Below are positions 18,623 to 28,922 of a stretch of 64,000 nt of DNA, one piece after another. The stretch lies in the NCBI GenBank assembly GCA_033764955.1, contig JANRIL010000006.1, positions 1-64,000 on the forward strand, written 5' to 3'. Within the stretch, counting starts at the first letter, position 1. Each line of letters opens with the position of its first letter. Both the position numbers and the translations under genes were made by a program. Origin of the DNA: Cyanobacteriota bacterium. Its GTDB lineage: Bacteria > Cyanobacteriota > Cyanobacteriia > Thermostichales > Thermostichaceae. Below the pieces are notes generated by a model that saw nothing but the letters and a program-made list of their open reading frames with translations, was not told the origin of the DNA and did not search any database.

Positions 18623-21223
18623 ATGAGTTCACTCTGCTTGGCGATGATTGTCAAGAACGAGGCTCACGTTCTGGGGCGATGCCTAGCCTCGGTCAAGCCG
18701 TTGATCTCGGCATGGTTGATTGTGGATACGGGATCCTCTGATGGCACGCAGAGCTTGGTTGCCGAAACCCTGAGTGGGATCCCTGGGCGATTGGAGGAGC
18801 GTCCCTGGCGAAACTTTGGGGTAAATCGGACAGAAGCCCTGCAACTAGCCCGTTCCTGGGCAGATTACAGCCTGGTGATGGATGCCGATGACTGGCTAGA
18901 GTTGACTCCAGAGTTTGTCTTACCTCCCTTACAAGCGGATGCCTACTTTCTGTCCATTCGGGATGAGCATACTCGCTATCAACGGCTGCAAATTTTCAAC
19001 AATCGTCTGCCTTGGCGCTACGAGGGAGTGCTTCATGAATATCCGGTTTGTGAAGAGGCTCAAACCAGGCAACTCCTAACGGGTATCACCTATTGTCGGG
19101 GCTACGATGGAGCCAGTTGGAAGGATCCGGAAAAATATCGCCGTGATGCTGCTTTGCTCGAATCCGCTCTCCAGACGGATCCCTACAATGCTCGCTATGT
19201 ATTTTATTTGGCGCAAAGTTATCGGGATGCTCAGTTATGGGATGAGGCGCTCACCTATTACCAGCGACGGGTGTTGATGGGGGGCTGGGCTGAGGAGGTT
19301 TATCAAGCTCTGCTTCAGATCCCCCAACTGCTAGAAAGAAAAGCGGTGGATGCTGGTTTGGTTTGGGCAGCCTACCTGCGAGCCTATCACTATCTTCCCC
19401 AGCGAGCAGAAGCTCTCTGCTATCTGGCTCGTTATTGCCGTCAGCAGGGGGAACATACCCTGGCTCATCTTTTTGCGGCACAGGCGATGAGGATTCCCCT
19501 CCCCCCCAATGGCTTATTTATCGATGAAGCCGTTTATACCTGGCAGGCCTTGGATGAATACGCAATTGCCGCCTATTGGGTTGGCAACTATCTGGAGGCC
19601 ATTTCAGCCAACCAACGCCTGCTAACGGAGGGATCCCTCCCCGCGTCGGAGCAGGCACGGGTGCAGAGCAACCTTGTTTTTTGCCTGAATGCCATCGGTC
19701 AACCCCATCAGATTGAGAGCCAACGGGTTCAACCTCAACCCCCTCCGGTTTTTCCTGTAAAGGCTTTCTCTCCCCAACCGCTTTCTGCTTTGCCGAACTC
19801 TCCTCCTCGCCCCAACAGGCGGGTGGCGGTGATTACCCCTTACTTTGATGAACCTTTGCAGATATTGCGGCAATGCCATGAGAGTGTAGTCCGCCAGTCC
19901 GTCCCTTGCGAACACATTATGGTGGCGGACGGGATCCCTCGGTCTGAGATTGATGGATGGGCAGTGCAGCACATTAAGCTGCCGAAAAACCACAACAACA
20001 AGGGCGACACCCCCCGTGCCATCGGTGGGGCATTGGCCGTAGCCCAGGGATTCGATGCAATCACCTTTCTGGATGCGGATAACTGGTATCAACCGGATCA
20101 TCTGGCCAGCCTGCTCGCCCTACATGAAACAACCGGAGCAGAAATTTGCACTACGGCACGGACATTACATCGGCTGGATGGATCCCTACTGCCCTTTCGA
20201 GAAGTGGAAGAAGGCGGTAGCCATGTTGATTCTAACTGTTTGATGATTTTCCCCCCCGCCTTTCGCTTGTTTAGTCTTTGGGGGCATATTCCCCAGCCCC
20301 TCTCGCCGATTGACGACCGCATTATTTGGCAAGGCATCCAGAAACTAGGCTTTCGCTGCGCTTTTACGGGACAAGCAACCGTGGCCTACCGCAGCCGCTA
20401 TGCTTCCCATTACCGAGCCGTAGGGGAGCCTCCCCCTGCCAATGCCTTCGATGTCGATTGGCAAGGCCATATCCAGTGGTGGCAGGCACTCTCGGAGCCG
20501 GATCGGCGGATGTATTGCCAGCGCTTGGGATTTGATTTGGTGCTTACAGGTGAGCCGACCGAGAGTCCTCCCTTCCCTCTCTCTCCCCTAGCTAGAGCAA
20601 ACCACAGCCCTCCGGAGGATCCCGTCACCCTCCTCTCTCCTTTTTTACAGATGGAGGACTGGTTACCCGAAAGGGAAGTGAAGGAATTGCTGGATTTTGT
20701 CAGCGCTGCTCAAGCCGAGTTTGTCCCCGCCGGAGTGACATCAGGGGATCCCGGTTATCGACAGGCGCTCATTTTGCACTCCTTTCCTCCTTTCGCCGAT
20801 CACATACGGCAGCGAGTGCGGGCGATCCTACCGGAGGTTTGCGCCAAGTTAGGGATCCCTCCGTTTGCAGTCAGTGAAATGGAAGCCCAGCTCACGGTGC
20901 ATGGGAACGGGGACTTTTTTAAGATCCATCCTGATAATGGAGCCGTGGGGATCCGCAATCGAGTGCTTTCCTACGTCTACTACTTCCATCACCTGCCCAA
21001 ACGCTTCACGGGGGGAGAGTTACGGCTTTATGACAGCCAGCAGGAGAAGGGAGAGATCAAAGCTGCCTCCACCTTTCATCTGATTCAGCCACGCTACAAC
21101 AGCATCGTTTTTTTCCCCAGCTATTGCTGGCATGAAGTCTTGCCCATTCAGTGTGGATCCCCAGCTTTTCGGGAGGGGCGATTGACGATCAACGGTTGGC
21201 TGCGTCACCCCGGACAGCCCTGA
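18623..21223 (+). CDS. Multidomain GT2 - TPR - GT2 - 2OG-Fe(II) oxygenase (prolyl-hydroxylase-like) fusion
   Basis: MIVKNE/IVDTGSSDGT/MDAD (GT2); FYLAQSY..AL.YY TPRs; VITPY/VADG/FLDAD (GT2); HPD..GGEL..WHEV..RLTINGW (2OG-FeII_Oxy_3-like). Confidence 0.88.
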   Translation: MSSLCLAMIVKNEAHVLGRCLASVKPLISAWLIVDTGSSDGTQSLVAETLSGIPGRLEERPWRNFGVNRTEALQLARSWADYSLVMDADDWLELTPEFVLPPLQADAYFLSIRDEHTRYQRLQIFNNRLPWRYEGVLHEYPVCEEAQTRQLLTGITYCRGYDGASWKDPEKYRRDAALLESALQTDPYNARYVFYLAQSYRDAQLWDEALTYYQRRVLMGGWAEEVYQALLQIPQLLERKAVDAGLVWAAYLRAYHYLPQRAEALCYLARYCRQQGEHTLAHLFAAQAMRIPLPPNGLFIDEAVYTWQALDEYAIAAYWVGNYLEAISANQRLLTEGSLPASEQARVQSNLVFCLNAIGQPHQIESQRVQPQPPPVFPVKAFSPQPLSALPNSPPRPNRRVAVITPYFDEPLQILRQCHESVVRQSVPCEHIMVADGIPRSEIDGWAVQHIKLPKNHNNKGDTPRAIGGALAVAQGFDAITFLDADNWYQPDHLASLLALHETTGAEICTTARTLHRLDGSLLPFREVEEGGSHVDSNCLMIFPPAFRLFSLWGHIPQPLSPIDDRIIWQGIQKLGFRCAFTGQATVAYRSRYASHYRAVGEPPPANAFDVDWQGHIQWWQALSEPDRRMYCQRLGFDLVLTGEPTESPPFPLSPLARANHSPPEDPVTLLSPFLQMEDWLPEREVKELLDFVSAAQAEFVPAGVTSGDPGYRQALILHSFPPFADHIRQRVRAILPEVCAKLGIPPFAVSEMEAQLTVHGNGDFFKIHPDNGAVGIRNRVLSYVYYFHHLPKRFTGGELRLYDSQQEKGEIKAASTFHLIQPRYNSIVFFPSYCWHEVLPIQCGSPAFREGRLTINGWLRHPGQP

Positions 21224-21338
21224 TCCGGCCTGAGAGAAAAAGCTGAAGGCTAAGCCATCTCAGGGATCCTTAATCTCATAGCTCTACAGTTGTGGGGGAG
21301 TGCCCCTTGTTCAGAATCCCAATCGGTTGGATGCAGCC

Positions 21339-22175
21339 ATGACTATACCCTGGCATGACGTCGAGAAAATAGACCCCCTTGCCCTCAGCGAGGCTCGTCT
21401 GCAACTGCACTATGCCATTCAATTTTTGGCGGCTCCGGCGGCGGCTCTGGCCGTACCTCTAGCCGATTTAGGTCACACTAGCTTGAGTTGGGAGACCATT
21501 CAGGGATCCCCAGTCTTTGTCAGTCAACCCATGCCAGCGGAAATGCCCCTGCGGGTGGCCTTGCATCCGTTGACCCTGACAGTGCTGCTGCTCTCGAACA
21601 CTGGGGATCCCTTCGCTAGTTATCCCTTGGCGGGACAGACGATGACGGCGGGGCTGGAGTGGCTGAAGACCCACTTGGCGGAACGGGGGGCTGAGGCTGA
21701 AAAAGTGGCGTGGTTGAGCTATCCTGCCGATTTCCCCCCCCATGCTTTAGGGGAGGGCAGCCCTTTTGCGGATCCTGAGGGTCTGCCTTTGGCAGCATTG
21801 GTGGCCTACTATGCCAAGACAGCCCCCCTGTTGCAAACCATTGCTCTTCCTCGGCGCGGAGCTTCTCCTCTCCGCATTTGGCCCCATCATTTTGATATGG
21901 CGGTCTTAATCCAACCCCAACCGCAACAGTTCATTGGGGTAGGACTTTCTCCCGGAGACCACTATTATGCTCAACCCTACTGGTATGTGAGTGCTTACCC
22001 TTATCCTCAGCCTGAGCCATTTCCCCCCTTACCCGAACCAGCCTTTTGGCACACCCAAGACTGGCTGGGAGCCGTCCTCACCGGATCAGCCTTGAAAGGC
22101 AGGGATCCCCAGATCGAATTACCCACTTTTTTAGAGACGGCCATCTCGATGAGTGAGGGATGGTTCCAACCCTAG
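21339..22175 (+). CDS. Hypothetical protein, DUF5996-like
   Basis: RLQLHYAIQ, SPLRIWPHHFDMA, GLSPGD..Y.QPYWYVSAYPYP. Confidence 0.6.
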   Translation: MTIPWHDVEKIDPLALSEARLQLHYAIQFLAAPAAALAVPLADLGHTSLSWETIQGSPVFVSQPMPAEMPLRVALHPLTLTVLLLSNTGDPFASYPLAGQTMTAGLEWLKTHLAERGAEAEKVAWLSYPADFPPHALGEGSPFADPEGLPLAALVAYYAKTAPLLQTIALPRRGASPLRIWPHHFDMAVLIQPQPQQFIGVGLSPGDHYYAQPYWYVSAYPYPQPEPFPPLPEPAFWHTQDWLGAVLTGSALKGRDPQIELPTFLETAISMSEGWFQP

Positions 22176-22225
22176 CCCTGTCATCCCCCGACGACGATCC
22201 CAACATCCCACAAGCCCCATTACCC

Positions 22226-22606
22226 ATGGAAGTTCTCATCAAGTCCATCGTTTCGGTGTTAATCACAGGTGTGGAATTGCTGGCGGGTTTGGTCGTGGCC
22301 TACGCCATCCTGGAGGCTGCTTACAAAATCGTGGTGCTGATGATTTTGGGGCAATGCACTCCCATGGATATCCATGAGGATATTCGTCTGGGGTTGGGCA
22401 AGTGGTTAGCCCTGGCCTTGGAGTTTTCTCTGGCGGCGGATATTTTGGCGAGTGTGGCTGCTCCTACCTTTACCGAAATTGGCAAGTTAGCGGCCATCGC
22501 GGCGATTCGCACCGGTCTCAACTACTTTTTGAATAAAGAAATTCAGGAGTTGAAAAGCCAAAGGGGAGCAACGCCAGCTTTGCCCACGGTGGGGGATCCC
22601 CGATGA
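22226..22606 (+). CDS. DUF1622 family membrane protein
   Basis: IRLGLGKWLALALEFSLAADIL..PT...IGKLAAIAAIRTGLNYFL. Confidence 0.85.
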   Translation: MEVLIKSIVSVLITGVELLAGLVVAYAILEAAYKIVVLMILGQCTPMDIHEDIRLGLGKWLALALEFSLAADILASVAAPTFTEIGKLAAIAAIRTGLNYFLNKEIQELKSQRGATPALPTVGDPR

Positions 22607-22935
22607 ACAGAGCCACCCTCTTCCTGTGGAGTTTTGGCTTTTGGGAATTGTTCGCCCAAGTCTGTGGGGCTGGGGTGGTGGTGACCTCCGTTGCCTTTTC
22701 GCTGCGATGCCTGTTTCCTCTGCCCAACCTTGAACAAGCGCGTTTAGTGGCAACAGAAGGGATGATTCTGGGACTATCGTTAATGACCTGTGTTGCTGTG
22801 CTGAAAACCCTAGAAGCCCAGACATTTAGCCAGATTGCTTACCTAGCTTGCCTGTTTATCCTGCGGGTCAGTCTAAAAAAATTTCTAGCCTGGGAAAAAC
22901 GACTATGGCACTCTGAATCCCAGTGGGATCCCTAA
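22603..22935 (+). CDS. Second, divergent DUF1622-like membrane protein
   Basis: ARL...GL.LM...VLKTL...LR..LK.FL.WE pattern; ATGA overlap with the previous gene. Confidence 0.65.
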   Translation: MNRATLFLWSFGFWELFAQVCGAGVVVTSVAFSLRCLFPLPNLEQARLVATEGMILGLSLMTCVAVLKTLEAQTFSQIAYLACLFILRVSLKKFLAWEKRLWHSESQWDP

Positions 22936-23107
22936 TCCCCGCCACAATAAAACATGCTGGCAAAAACGGATGGACGTGTGTTCAACGCCTTTAAGCTTAG
23001 GAATAGAGGCAAGCTTTCTAACACCGATGAGGCTTTGGTGTCTCTCCTCAGGGAGAATGGGCTAGGATTCAAAAGGCAGAGACCAAAACAGTGTTGGGAG
23101 TGTGGGT

Positions 23108-23854
23108 ATGACCAGACAGCCATGGCAACAAATGCAAAACCGTTTCGGGTTGCTCTTCCGAGCGATTCTCTTGGGGCTATGGGGGATCGGGCTACTCCTG
23201 ACCCCCGCCTGTACCGGGCAAGCCAACTCCCAAGCCACCTCCTCCCAACCCTCAGGGCTGACCGCCTATGCCAACCGCCCCATCCTGACCGATACTGCCA
23301 CTGTTGATATGATCGTCAATACCAGTGCTGGCAAGGGATCCATCACCCTAGAGCTAGACGGCAAAGCGGCTCCGTTGACGGCGGGCAATTTTGTGGATTT
23401 GGTGCAAAAAGGGTTTTATGACGGGCTGACCTTTCATCGGGTGGAAAAAGATCCCCAACCGTTTGTGATTCAAGGGGGGGATCCCAAGGGCAATGGGACA
23501 GGCGGCTATGAGGATCCCGTCAGCCTCCGACCTCGGCAAATTCCCCTTGAGATTGCGTTTAAGGGAGAAAGCCAGCCCCGCTATAACCAGCCCACCACGG
23601 CAGTCTCACCAGATGCGTTGCTGTTGCCTCACAAACTAGGGGCTGTGGCGATGGCTCGCTCGAATGCCCCCGATTCGGCTTCATCACAGTTTTATATTGG
23701 CCTATCAGCTCTGCCCATTCTAGATGGACGCTATGCCGTCTTTGGCTATGTCACCTCTGGCATGGATGTTGTCAACCAAGTCAAGGTGGGCGATGTCATC
23801 GAAAAGGCGCAAGTGGTGGCGGGTGCCGAAAATCTGAGTACCCTACAGCCCTAG
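23108..23854 (+). CDS. Cyclophilin-type peptidyl-prolyl cis-trans isomerase (lipoprotein-like)
   Basis: APLTAGNFVDLV, FYDGLTFHRV, QGGDP, AMAR, SASSQFYI, YAVFG. Confidence 0.92.
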   Translation: MTRQPWQQMQNRFGLLFRAILLGLWGIGLLLTPACTGQANSQATSSQPSGLTAYANRPILTDTATVDMIVNTSAGKGSITLELDGKAAPLTAGNFVDLVQKGFYDGLTFHRVEKDPQPFVIQGGDPKGNGTGGYEDPVSLRPRQIPLEIAFKGESQPRYNQPTTAVSPDALLLPHKLGAVAMARSNAPDSASSQFYIGLSALPILDGRYAVFGYVTSGMDVVNQVKVGDVIEKAQVVAGAENLSTLQP

Positions 23855-23869
23855 ATCTAGCCATCGATC

Positions 23870-24304
23870 CTACTCGCTCCGCATCCTCAGGGATCCATGG
23901 GATCCCCTCTGCTCCTGCAACCTCCGACGGGATCCGTATTCCACAACGCTGCCTTGCTGCAAAATCAGAATCTGGTCTACTCGCTCTACGGTTTGCAGGC
24001 GGTGGGCAATGATAGTCGGAGTAAGTCCTAGCAACAGACGATCAAGAGCTTGTTCGATCCGTTTTTCCGTATGGGGATCCAAGGGAGATAAAGCCAACAA
24101 CTGAGCTTGTCCCGCCAACAACCCACCACTCTCGGCGGCTAAGGGAGTTTCTAGCCCTAACGGTTGGGTGACTAGCCAATCCATCAGCCCTAAGATCTCC
24201 AGAGTAGCCAGGATCTGCTGGTCAGGGATGTGGGGGTTGAAACAGGTCAGGTTCTGGCGGATGGTGGCTTGAAACAGTTGCACTTCCTGTGTCACCAACC
24301 CCAT
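23870..24304 (-). pseudogene. Fragment of an ABC exporter ATPase domain
   Basis: Q-loop VTQEVQLF, signature-like LLAGQAQLL, IIAHRL; Walker A, Walker B and TM domain missing. Confidence 0.8.
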
Positions 24305-24557
24305 CTAGTAGCCGGGGATCCCAATCAGCGTTAGGGTTAATTCAGGTTAAGAATAAGACAACCAAGTCTAGTGAAATCCATGCTTGAAAAGCATTGTAGA
24401 GTTTTTGCTATTCTCATCGTTCAGTAAATCAACTATGCCATGCCTTTCTCCGCCGGTGATTCTAAAAACTACATGAACCAACGTTGCGGATCCCTGGTTT
24501 TTATCAAAAGATGCCGCAACAATACCCTCAGGAGAGGGGCTTATTTCACCGCAGGAC

Positions 24558-25682
24558 TCACCCAATTTCCTCCCTTTCGGTAACGTTACGATAGTAGTCT
24601 TCGAGCTGTTGAGTGGCGGCGGCCCAACTCCAGCGTTCCGCTTCTTGGCGGGCATTTTGGCGAAACTCATCCTGGCGATGACGATTGCCAAGAATTTGTT
24701 GAGCGACCTCGACAAATTCTTCATCTGAATCGGGATTAAATAGATAGCCATTCCGACCGCTGTCTACCACATCGGTAATACCGCCGGAGCGAGGAGCCAC
24801 CACCGGACATCCAGCGGCCATGGCCTCCAACAAAACCAACCCCAACGTTTCGGTGCGGGAGGGAAAAACAAACAAATCTGCGGAGGCGAACGCCGAAGCT
24901 AAGGCTTCTCCCTTCAGATAGCCCGTAAACACGACATCATATCCGGCAAAGTGCTTCTCCAACTCTCCCCGCTCAGGGCCATCCCCCACCACCGCCAAGC
25001 AAGCTTGTGGAACTTGCTCTAAAATCACCCGAATTCTGCCCACCTCTTTTTCGGCAGACAGCCTACCCACGTAGAGGAGAAGGGGGCGATCCGGTTTTCC
25101 CTGGGTTAGGCGCTGTCGCATTTCTACAGAAGCAGCCTGGGGATGAAACAGCTCGGTATCGACCCCCCGTTGCCAGAGTTGCACCCGTTCAATGCCATGT
25201 TCGCTCAGCTCCTTAACCATAGCGGTCGAGGTGCAGAGGTTGAGGCGAGCTTGGTTATGACCAAGCTTGAGCAAATTCCACAGCAGCCCTTCTAAAAAAC
25301 CCAAGCCATAGTGCTGCAAATATTTGGGCAAATGGGTATGGTAGGAGGCCACCAACGGGATCCGAAACTTTTGGCTGTAGTAGAGTCCGCCCAAGCCCAA
25401 AACAGCCGGATTGACCACATGGATCACATCGGGGCGAAAGCGTTGCAACAGTCGGCCAATCGCCGGCCCAGGAGCCGCCAAAGTCAGCTCAGGATAAAGG
25501 GGGAGAGGCACTCCAGGGATCCCATAAACCCGTGCCCTGGCAAAATGACGGGGAGCACCCCTGGGGGCAACCACCAACACCGAATTGCCGCGAGCCGTCA
25601 GGTGGCGCACCGTATGGCAAAGGCGAGTAACAATTCCATCCACCTTGGGCAGAAATGTTTCGGTAAACAAGACAATCCGCAT
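24558..25682 (-). CDS. sqdX: Sulfoquinovosyldiacylglycerol synthase (GT4)
   Basis: FTETFLPKVDGIVTRL, PLPLYPEL, ASYHTHLP, FPSRTETLGLVLLEAMA. Confidence 0.85.
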   Translation of the reverse strand: MRIVLFTETFLPKVDGIVTRLCHTVRHLTARGNSVLVVAPRGAPRHFARARVYGIPGVPLPLYPELTLAAPGPAIGRLLQRFRPDVIHVVNPAVLGLGGLYYSQKFRIPLVASYHTHLPKYLQHYGLGFLEGLLWNLLKLGHNQARLNLCTSTAMVKELSEHGIERVQLWQRGVDTELFHPQAASVEMRQRLTQGKPDRPLLLYVGRLSAEKEVGRIRVILEQVPQACLAVVGDGPERGELEKHFAGYDVVFTGYLKGEALASAFASADLFVFPSRTETLGLVLLEAMAAGCPVVAPRSGGITDVVDSGRNGYLFNPDSDEEFVEVAQQILGNRHRQDEFRQNARQEAERWSWAAATQQLEDYYRNVTEREEIG

Positions 25683-26076
25683 AGGCTGTTTGGTGAGGCG
25701 GCTGAGAAGGTGAGCCGTGTACTATAGGAGAGTTTTGCACAAAATGGACACGCTGGCTGCTCAAACCAAAGTTTTTCCCCGCCAGGTACTATCCTTTCTG
25801 CTGATCTTTAGATTTTATGGTTGGGTTGCTTTAGTTTGGGAGAATGTAACCGCTAAGTTGCCATGACATGAGACCGACAAGAAGCCTATCTTTCCGGTTG
25901 AACTTACGAAAAACAGTAGAGTTTATTGAAAAATATTTTAAGGTTTAAGACGGTTGCCGGAAATTCCTCTCTCCCTTGCGGATGCGAGTTCCCCCCTGAA
26001 TAACCAACGTTATCCTCTGAACAATTAAAATCATCAATAGAGATCCATAATTGGTTCCCAATCCGTCCCAAACGAT

Positions 26077-27105
26077 CTAGCCCACAAATCCGGTCTGAAA
26101 GACTCGCCCTATCACTTCCTCCACAGGTGGATCGGTAATTTTGAGATCGGTGACATCAAAACGGCTGAGTAGCTGGCTAACGCGAGCGGTCAGATCAGCA
26201 CGGTGGATCAGCAGACGAGCGGAGTGGGTTAGGCCATCGGTTAACCCCGCAGGATCCGCCAAACCACGGGTCGCCAGGGGAGGGCAGAGTTCACCATACG
26301 GGGTGAGTTGCTCAAAAGGGTAGGGAGAGGCAAATTCAATAGTCACCTCACGGTAGGGCGCAAATCGCTCCAACAAATCTTGGAGATGCCCATCGTAGAC
26401 CAGTCGCCCCGCATCGATCACCATCACCCGCTTGCAGAGAGCGGTGATATCGGCCATATAGTGGCTGGTTAGGAGAACGGTTGCCCCAAAGCGTTGGTTA
26501 TATGCCTGCAAAAACTGACGGACGCTCACCTGCGCGTTCACATCTAAGCCAAGGGTTGGCTCATCCAAAAACAGCACTTTGGGCTGGTGAATCAACGCCG
26601 CCATCAACTCTGCTTTCATCCGCTCCCCTAAGGAGAGCTTACGCACGGGCTGAGTAAGCTGTTTATCTAACCCCAACAATTCTGAAAGTTCTGTCAAGCG
26701 GCGCTGGAACTCCTGTTCAGGAATGGCATAGACCGCCGCATTGATGCGAAGGGAATCAAGAGCGGGCAGATCCCAAATCAACTGTTGTTTTTGTCCCATC
26801 ACCAGGGTAATTTGTTGCAAAAAAACAGCCTCCCGCCGAAAAGGGACATGGCCCACCACCTGCACCTCTCCAGCGGAGGGATAAATCAGACCCGTCAACA
26901 TTTTCAAGGTCGTGGTTTTGCCTGCTCCATTGGGTCCCAAAAAGCCGACTACCTCTCCTGCTTCGATAGAAAACGAAACCCCTGCCACCGCCTGAATAGG
27001 GCGATAGGTGCGGCGAAAGAGATGGTTGAGCGTTCCTGACCAGCCGGGATCCTTGACCGCAACCGGATAAACCTTACTCAAATTTTGGGCAGTGATGATA
27101 GGCAT
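26077..27105 (-). CDS. ABC-2 type transporter ATP-binding protein
   Basis: GPNGAGKTT, LSLGERMK, FLDEPTLGLD, TSH. Confidence 0.92.
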   Translation of the reverse strand: MPIITAQNLSKVYPVAVKDPGWSGTLNHLFRRTYRPIQAVAGVSFSIEAGEVVGFLGPNGAGKTTTLKMLTGLIYPSAGEVQVVGHVPFRREAVFLQQITLVMGQKQQLIWDLPALDSLRINAAVYAIPEQEFQRRLTELSELLGLDKQLTQPVRKLSLGERMKAELMAALIHQPKVLFLDEPTLGLDVNAQVSVRQFLQAYNQRFGATVLLTSHYMADITALCKRVMVIDAGRLVYDGHLQDLLERFAPYREVTIEFASPYPFEQLTPYGELCPPLATRGLADPAGLTDGLTHSARLLIHRADLTARVSQLLSRFDVTDLKITDPPVEEVIGRVFQTGFVG

Positions 27106-27266
27106 AGCCGATCCTTGGGGGGTAAGGTGATCAGGCTGGGGATCCATTCCCAGGAGCAGCCCTAATTTAGCTTGGACAGGGTGTTCTCAGCTTGTCGGTT
27201 CAACAGAAAAGGTTTAGCGTGAAGGAACAACATCCTTCCATCATCCTCAGAATAAGGATCACGGCT

Positions 27267-27509
27267 ATGGTACAAGCGTTAGAGATGACCCCCGCCAACA
27301 TCGAAAAAGTTTTGGACGAATTGCGCCCCTATTTGATGGCCGACGGCGGCAATGTGGAGTTAGTAGAACTGGATGGACCTGTGGTGCGCTTGCGCTTGCA
27401 GGGAGCTTGTGGATCCTGCCCCAGCTCGACGATGACCCTCAGGATGGGTATTGAGCGGAAGTTGCGGGAAACCATCCCCGACATTCTGGAAGTGGAACAG
27501 GTCTTTTGA
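27267..27509 (+). CDS. nfuA: NifU-like/NfuA Fe-S carrier
   Basis: [22 protein letters not shown]. Confidence 0.9.
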   Translation: MVQALEMTPANIEKVLDELRPYLMADGGNVELVELDGPVVRLRLQGACGSCPSSTMTLRMGIERKLRETIPDILEVEQVF

Positions 27510-27688
27510 TTTTTAGATTGATCATTGGCGACCTCGAATTGTTTTCTAGCCCTCTCCCAAGGATCCCTATCTTTGAGGTATGGCTAGCCGATCTAGTTTC
27601 CTCCTGAGGGATTGACCCTCCTCTCCGAGTGTGGCCTTAGCCGGCATCCCCTCACTGCCCTCCCTATCCTTAATTTTCTCAATAACCC

Positions 27689-28789
27689 ATGTTTATTGCG
27701 ATTTCGATTGGCATCTTGGCTCTCCTGATTTTGGTGCATGAGGCCGGACATTTTGCGGCGGCTAAGTGGCAAGGGATCCATGTCAACCGATTTTCTTTAG
27801 GGTTTGGCCCGATTCTCTGGAGCTGGCAAGGCCAAGAAACCGAGTATGCCTTGCGTCTCTTGCCGTTGGGAGGATTTGTGGGTTTTCCCGATCAGGAGGA
27901 GGACTGCCCCTATCCGGCTAATGATCCTGACCTGCTCAAAAATCGTCCGGTTTTGGATCGGTTAGTGGTGATGGCGGCAGGGGTGATGGCGAATTTGCTG
28001 TTTGCTTATTTGGTGTTGGCGACGATGTTTGGCACGGTGGGGATCCCGGAGGTCGCCGCCTATCAACCGGGCATTTTAATTCCCCAAGTGTTGCAAGCTA
28101 GTCCCGCCCAACAGGCAGGCTTGCAGTCAGGGGATGTTGTTGTGGCTGCCGCTGATCAAGACTATCGTCAGATTGGCAACGAGACCGAGGCCACAGAGGC
28201 GATTGACCGCTTTCAGAAGCTCATCCAAAGTCATGGGGGTCAGCCCCTGTCGCTGCAAGTTGAGCGCTCCCAGCAGATCCTCTCCCTGACGGTGGTTCCT
28301 CAAGTTCGGGGCAGTGACTCACCGCCGGTGATTGGGGTTAATTTAGCCCCCCACCAGCAGAGGCAGTTTCGTGCTGCTCAGGGGATCCCGGAAATCTTGG
28401 GGCAGGCCAACCAAGCCTACAAGCGGTTGGTGCAGATTAACGTAGATGGCTTCCGCCAGTTGATCCAAAATTTTCAAAATACAGCCAACCAAGTATCCGG
28501 CCCGGTGGGGATCGTCAAAATGGGGGCAGACTTAGCGGAATCGGATGCCGTTAGTCTGTTTAACTTCACGGCTCTGATCAGCATCAACCTGGCTATTTTG
28601 AATTTGTTGCCCTTGCCTGCCTTGGATGGCGGACACATTGCCTTTTTGTTGCTGGAAGCCCTACGCGGCAAACGGCTCCCCCGCCAAATTGAGGAGCGGG
28701 TTATGCACACCGGATTGGTGGTGTTGATGGGGCTGGGTATTGTCTTGATCTTCAAAGATACAATTGCCTTGGTGGTGGGAGCCGGATAG
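27689..28789 (+). CDS. rseP: RIP metalloprotease RseP
   Basis: HEAGH, PLGGFV, AGVMAN, PDZ region, NLLPLPALDGGH. Confidence 0.92.
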   Translation: MFIAISIGILALLILVHEAGHFAAAKWQGIHVNRFSLGFGPILWSWQGQETEYALRLLPLGGFVGFPDQEEDCPYPANDPDLLKNRPVLDRLVVMAAGVMANLLFAYLVLATMFGTVGIPEVAAYQPGILIPQVLQASPAQQAGLQSGDVVVAAADQDYRQIGNETEATEAIDRFQKLIQSHGGQPLSLQVERSQQILSLTVVPQVRGSDSPPVIGVNLAPHQQRQFRAAQGIPEILGQANQAYKRLVQINVDGFRQLIQNFQNTANQVSGPVGIVKMGADLAESDAVSLFNFTALISINLAILNLLPLPALDGGHIAFLLLEALRGKRLPRQIEERVMHTGLVVLMGLGIVLIFKDTIALVVGAG

Positions 28790-28922
28790 ATCCATTTCTG
28801 GCGGAGAGACTCTGTATAAACCCGCTCACGCCGGGATCCCTGGGCTGAAAGGAGGACGGAAGACTGGATCCCTCCGCAGGGAAGGAGGCCGCCCTAGCAT
28901 CGTGAGGTGAGAAAAACTGACC

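Noticed and set aside
24333..24351. Pho-box-like CTTAACCT repeat on the minus strand
   Set aside because: Repeat spacing is 10 rather than 11 bp, and it precedes only a pseudogene fragment
24484..24520. GTTGCGG...CCGCAAC hairpin as a riboswitch or sRNA
   Set aside because: No recognisable family motif; could simply be a 3' hairpin of sqdX
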